From Antedon mediterranea (Eukaryota; Animalia; Echinodermata), in assembly GCF_964355755.1 (NCBI RefSeq), contig NC_092676.1, positions 6,673,888 to 6,737,887 on the forward strand: a stretch of 64,000 nt of DNA. Reading direction: 5' to 3'. Below, piece by piece: positions 57,758 to 64,000 of the stretch. Position 1 is the stretch's first letter. The number at the start of each line of letters is the position of its first letter. The notes beneath the pieces were generated by a model. That model made no database searches, was not told the DNA's origin, and worked only from the letters and a program-made list of their open reading frames with translations. A program made the translations under genes and the position numbers.

Positions 57758-60700
57758 ATGGTCAACAAACAAAAAGTGATATTGTTTGTATTGCTGATAT
57801 TAATCAAAGGTATGTTTAGAAAACTCGCCTAAGAATTATATTGTGCTATTATTATAGACTGGTGACAGTGTCGAAAATAAACAGATTTTCCATAAAATAC
57901 GTGACATCGAGGGTGCTATTGAAAGTATAGTTATTTGTTTAACTTTGTCTACTTATGCGATGGATTAGTTTAGCGCCATCAAGTTGACAACAAAAAAACA
58001 ACTGATTTTCATCTGATAATGCGGCCTGCAAAATTTCTATTCAAATTCGAATATTATTAAAATAACATAATTAAATAAACTAAACTACTACACATTTAGT
58101 ATTGGGCATGCCTTTGTTTTCTTTTCAGTTTTTTCTTTAGTTTTCAAAAATAATAAAACCTGAATACAGAACAGAAAGTTTGAAAATAAACTGTACATGT
58201 TTATCATAACATTTATGGTAGCCTATACTATTGAGTACCTATACAATACTTAGATACTTATTTTTATTTTACAGAATCGCTAGCTGATTGTACAAAGAAA
58301 GATACACTCAGAGTGGGTACAATATTAGATGAAATCAGAAATGCGATCATGATAAATCTAGACAACCCTATCAATTGTTCTGGATACATCAAGGCATGGA
58401 AGTGGATTCCATCTGTATCTGTGAATTTCACTGGGCTGGTGTGGCGGCCTACAGATACAGTGAAGGAATATGAACTCATAGGCCGCACAATGCTACCGGC
58501 CGTCGATGAACTCAATAAAACGTATACACATTCTCTTTCTCGTTCCGTCTGGATTCCTGTAGAAGCTGGTGATGTGATTGGCTTTTATTTTGATCAGGCT
58601 CTTTTAATTTATGAAGACGATGAGAATTTACAAATAGAATATGCCAGCAATATTGTTAAAGAAGATCTCAGAATTGGTTCCTTTCATACCGTATCAACAG
58701 AATTTGGAAGAAGATATCCAATTATGGCTATATCTGAAGGTAATTGTATTATGCACTAATTGAAAAATGTAATTTTTAAAAACGTATAACATTAGCACAA
58801 ACAGTCTACAGAAGTTTGATCGCGTTTGTATTATAATTTGTGTCTGACATTAATTATCATATATTTTATTCTAGAATTTATTGACCGTCGGTCGGTTGTT
58901 GAAAGAAAACACCAACGATCCAGCATAATAAAGAAAACTGAAATTGGTTTTACGTTACCCGGCCACATAATACACAGTTTCAAGAGTCCTTCTGTAGTCC
59001 GATGCATTGTTTCCTGCCAGAAGGATCAGTTGTGCCAGTCAGTTTCTTACGACACATTGCGCAGTGTATGTCATTTGAATTGCGCTAAACAGGAAGATAC
59101 AAACAATATCGAGGTAGTAGACGATGTAGTTTATTATGAGTTCATTGATAAGGTAAGAATATAAAACATTCAATTTCACAGTTTGAAATTATATAACCAA
59201 CAGCGCCTTGTTAATTTGTTGACCGTACGATAGTATTTAAATAATGCATGATTATGAGTTAAATAGGAAGAATATTTTATTTACAATATACCTGATTATT
59301 TTCATTTGATATATCAAATGACAATATTCAGGTATTAACTCATAAGCTTGATGCATTATTTCTATATAATCGTACGGTATAGCCTTACAGTACCTAACGG
59401 TGAAAATATGTTTCTAATGCATGTTCAGTTCAGTATATGGAAAAAAAAACATAAGCCTACGATGGTGCCTATGAAGGAAGGCATAGGACAAATTGTAAAA
59501 ACAAATAATAATGATTGTTTTGTATTCATTGAATGGAGATAATATTTCATTTGTTGAAAGATTACCTGTTTAACTCGGCTCCGTATCATCTCCGTTAATC
59601 TTTCAACTTATGAAATATTCTCACTATTCAACTAATAAACAGTTATTATTATTTACACTAACGCAATGAATACCATGGCTACAGTCAGATTAATCTGCCT
59701 ATCACCATGGTGATGTCGCAAAAATTTTGTATTTGTACAATAATCTACATAAATTTAATATTTGCTGTTGCCGCTTATATGATTTTTAAATCATATAAGC
59801 GTTACGACACACTGTACTTTTCACAGTGTAGTAATTCTTTTTCTTGTCATTATAATAAGATAACGCTATTTTGTTGTTGTAAAGGAATACTACGGAAAAT
59901 GTGAAGACGAATATCACCATGGTCATTCTGGTTTGGATACTCACGTGTGTTTCTGTGATAATGGAGATTGTAAATCAGGTATTGGTAAAAGTACCTTTTT
60001 TATGCAGGAATTTTGCTGTCTATTCAGAAGCGGCCTCTTGGTTAAGTTAATTATTTTAACTTTGCCTAAGAACATTTGAAATATAGTGCTGCAAAGTCCC
60101 CAGAAATTAGACATTGAAGTATTAAACGAAATTAAAAGTCCACATTACCAACCCACCATGGCTAGAGCTGCAAAGTCTTCATAAATTGCACTCATACTTT
60201 GGTGGAGTAGAAACCTAAGAACCTGGACCTTTTCGCACCCCTCGCACCCCCAGCCTACACCTCCGCTATTCAGCCGATTCTCGGTAGTGTATCTATTTCC
60301 GAAGTATCATAGGAATGTTTGGTAATACAACATCCCATGTGTTTCACATGTATCTAATAGTGAAATAATCCTTAACATAACTTTACATGATACAAGCACC
60401 ACCACATGTGATATAAATGAGAATAGATGCTGTATTACCAAATATTCCTATGATATTTCAGAAATAGATATTATGTGGAGATACAATACAATCACAGGCA
60501 GTTTTATTTAAGACTTTAATGTAAGCCTAGATTAGAAAAGGGCATATACATGCCCTAGGCTAGGTTGCATCATTAAGAAAAATGTTCACGCGGGCCAGTT
60601 TGCTCGTTGCCGGCATTCGGTTTACAACTACTTCACAAGAGTGTCATAGACACGCTCAAGATAATTAAAATACCGTAACCAAGAAATCACCATCATTCTG

Positions 60701-63378
60701 AAAACTCAGCGCAACTCAACATAATTCAACTGAACATTGACCGGAAAAAAGGTTTAATCGAAACCACATTTTTGTTGTAATACATTTGAAGAATTTTGTA
60801 TGATACAAAATAAATGATCATAAATTCAACCAAAAACCCCATTGGCTGGCAGCCTATTTGCATTAAATTACTGTTTTTCAGGTAAATAGTTTTTTTTTTC
60901 GGTTCAATTTTTTATCAAAGTGGATAACTATTATGTGAAATTAAAATGGCATATTCAAAAACAACAATAAAAAAAAATTCAGGGGGACATACATCTTTAA
61001 AATAAATGTTCAACATTTAGATGTTGTACTCGAGCTGTTTAACCGGTTTCTAGCAATTAAAAGCATGTATTGTTATTGTTGTATTGTGGGAGTATGTTTC
61101 AGCATATTGACAAGCACTTTGTAAATAGTTTAACCTAAATTCGTTTTACATGTCAATAACTAATATACCTAACTAATCAGTAAACATGGTTCAATTGGAT
61201 GGGTGAAATCAGTACCGAAAGTATGTACCAATCTTGTATATAGCACAGCAAATTATAAAAGTCATGCGCAATTTACAAAATTTGCTTTGACGTAAATTTA
61301 TGCAAATGTACTCTATAACCAGGGAAGAGTGAAATTATAATTTCACTCTTCTCAGGTAAAGCCTAACATACAGAATAGAGAAACCTCATCGTTCATGCCA
61401 ATTCTTTTTTAGAATGGAACTTGATATTCAAGGGCATGTCGGGTACTGGAGTTTCTATTGTTGAGTCCTTTGTCGATGGAACTCAAACATCAGAATCGGA
61501 GGCTTCTAAATCATTTGATTCTTCAGAAAACTTCAGATTGAACAAACTGTTTGAAAACTGGACTAGTTCGAACATTATTCAGGTTTGTAGCGTAATAATC
61601 TATACTAATCTACCATTGAACACATTGCTACTGATATTCTATACTATAATGTCCTATTGTATACATACAGTAGCCAGTATTTAAATTGCTCTTAAACATC
61701 CTTTTATCTCTCTCTGTTTTCATATACTTATTTTTAAAACTCTGTATTAGCTCTATTGAGTACATGTCCATTCTTCTTGAAATATACCTACATACTCATT
61801 AATAATCGCTAATAATGTATGCATAGGTGAAGTTAACATTGTATTCTAAATGTTATGACGAGCTTATACATTTGACATTTAACGGAATAACAACGACTAA
61901 AACATCTTGGTTTTCAATTGAACATCTTCTTGATTCACCTTGGGATGATTTAAAGTCAGGTGTAGAGATGAATTACTTCAGCATAGCAGGTAATTTGTAA
62001 GTATTAAATCTGTTTTTTCTTTACGTAATATGAAAATTATAGAATTAGGCATACAAGGGAAGAGTGAAATAAGAGTGAAATTGTAATTTCACTCTTCCCT
62101 GGACCTACTATATATGTATTCATATTGAAAGCAAAGCAAAAAAAAAATTATATTTTGTAATTAATTCAATTTTATTATATTTGTTTTTCAATATTCAATT
62201 CATAGAATAAAAAATTAATAGCATTTTACAATTTGTGTGAAATAATTACCAACTTGTTGTACATGATAAGCAAAATATAAAACATAACAGGTAGGTCTAT
62301 TACAATCTGATACTGTACTACATTAAAAATCTTTATTATTGAATTAAAATTAAATACAAAAGTTGAACAGTGATGGTTTATGAAATTGGGCTTAAAATCA
62401 TTGAATTACAGTTGCAAATAAATAACAAAACTATATTTGAAGTTTTTGGAATATTACATTAAAAATAACATTATATATTTATTTTAAATGTTTACAGCAG
62501 GAAACGAGTGTTCTTTGTTAATAAACATTATGGTGGATGCTCTAATGATAAAGGATGGCTAGTTGTTATTGATGATACATCGCATGGATGTGAATGGGAA
62601 CAAATTATTCCCACCCCAGCATTCTTATTCAGCTCTTCTGACGAGGCAGAGACATTGAATAGTGGCTGTAAGTAAAATAAAGATGTTCATGGCCTTTATT
62701 GATTTCTTAATCAGTGTTTCACTTTACATCTCCCTGGTTTCACATAGCCTAATCAAACAAATATATGTGTGGTCTACTAAAAACAAGTTTAAAAATACAA
62801 GGATATTTCAAGACACTTATTACTCTCAAATGTGAAAATAACGTCATATGGTTTCAGTGTGTGTGCTAGGTTACTAAGCAAAATTCATGAAAATAAACCA
62901 ATACAAACTTACGTCTGATAAGTTTCGTAGATCTACTCAGTTGCTCTTGCAGTTGCTAGCCGCATGGTGACTGCGTTGGAGTACGTCTCGTCAATATATA
63001 ACAACACAGCAACTGTCGAAAGTCTCGAGAAGTAGATTAGTATTGGTCTGTTGTTTTATGAATCTGCCTTACCTAGAACAATACATATTACTCTCGTGTT
63101 CCATAGCTATATCGAGTATTCATATACAATCTGTAACTGTAATATTATGGATATAACACTTGAACACAAATTATATCAATGAAATGATTGTCATCTCTAT
63201 TAGCATACTACACAAGTGACGTAATATACAAGTGACGGTTGTGTAAATTATGAGGGAGGGTGAACTATATCCATATTTTTATATAGTTCAGCCATGATCA
63301 AATTATCTATTTTTTTTTGTATTTTCAGCTGTGAGTAATGAAGCTTACATTATGACTGTGCATGTCAAGTACGGCTAA
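57758..63378 (+). CDS. Secreted multidomain protein (~482 aa): signal peptide, uncharacterised N-domain, PAN/Apple domain, short Cys-rich linker, uncharacterised C-domain
   Basis: Exons 57758-57809 (MVNKQKVILFVLLILIK), 58275-58739, 58875-59152 (GHIIHSFKSPSVVRCIVSCQKDQLCQSVSYD...CHLN, PAN-like), 59885-59978, 61413-61582, 61827-61996, 62498(or 62501)-62667, 63329-63378. Phases are compatible and the 1449 nt stay open to TAA. Confidence 0.82.
60290..60470. repeat. ~180-bp imperfect palindrome (MITE-like) in an intron of the PAN gene
   Basis: TATCTATTTCCGAAGTATCATAGGAATGTTTGGTAATACA / TGTATTACCAAATATTCCTATGATATTTCAGAAATAGATA. Confidence 0.75.
61021..61305 (-). mobile_element. Old diverged 5' fragment of the same Helitron family
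   Basis: CTCGAGCTGTTTAACCGGTTT, AACCTAAATTCGTTTTA and AAATCAGTACCGAAAGTATG match the reverse complement of 17490-17840. Confidence 0.6.
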
Positions 63379-64000
63379 TAATATTAGAATTGCTCAGCAT
63401 CATGCATTTACAGAAGCACGAGACCCACGATTGCTGATTTCTACTGATGCACTTTTATCACACTGAACTTTTAACACTGACAATTTTTGAGAAGAAATTA
63501 AAAACTGTTTATATAACTGCATTATCGTGTTTATTAACAAAAACAATATACTTTTAATGAGTAAAGTTGATCAACAGTTTCTTTAAAAAAAAGCATTGTT
63601 TTTGTATTTAAGAGAGGACCACAAGGTTGAATAGGTTTTATTTTACCTGACTGTGCAGTTATGGATAAATATGTTATAAATAAATAAGTGTTTTGTACTC
63701 AATAGCAGATGAATATTATCTTAGTAATGAACTATTGTAAAGACCATCATTACAACTTCACATTGATAACGATATATCAGAAAATAAAAGTGAAACGTAC
63801 AACTGAATGGTGAAGCAATTCATGCCACTTTTGTTCAAAGTAAACAGATTCCGACCAGCTTACCCTCGTCTATTGCACTATACCAGTCTTCCGTCACTTT
63901 TGTAAGTGCAGTAGATGTTGAGTATGATGGTCGAAAACCTGATTGATTTATACATAACAGATTATTATCTGTTTTGTTTGAGAGTTTGTTTAAGCTCTTG

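Noticed and set aside
59919-59978. Signal-peptide exon of a separate gene (MVILVWILTCVSVIMEIVNQ)
   Set aside because: That frame is not phase-compatible with the next exon, whereas the EYYGKC...CFCDNGDCKS frame fits both neighbours.
61413-62667. Three consecutive 170-nt exons as an internal triplication
   Set aside because: No sequence similarity among them and different phases; probably coincidence.

Overview
AT-rich, intron-containing animal genomic DNA. The repeat types and gene content suggest a marine invertebrate, but this is inference. The window holds a tandem + strand cluster of four cathepsin L-like (papain family C1A) genes that share one structure: 8 coding exons plus a 3'UTR intron. 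Copies 3 and 4 have an intact Gln/Cys/His/Asn active site. Copies 1 and 2 have independently lost the catalytic Cys (CGSGWAFS, Cys>Gly; CDSSWAFS, Cys>Ser) while their reading frames stay open. Diagnostic residues and intron sequence pair copy 1 with 3 and copy 2 with 4, suggesting a duplicated two-gene cassette in which each dead enzyme has an active sibling. Copy 1 carries an intact two-ORF CR1/L2-group LINE in intron 5, and a head-to-tail Helitron dimer nested in a MITE in intron 7. An 8-exon gene for a secreted ~482-aa protein with a PAN/Apple domain lies at the right end. There are many non-autonomous elements (Kolobok-, P/hAT-, PHIS-like MITEs, SINEs, DINE-like repeats) and a 5S rRNA-derived fragment. 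Exons were assembled by hand and no database searches were run.
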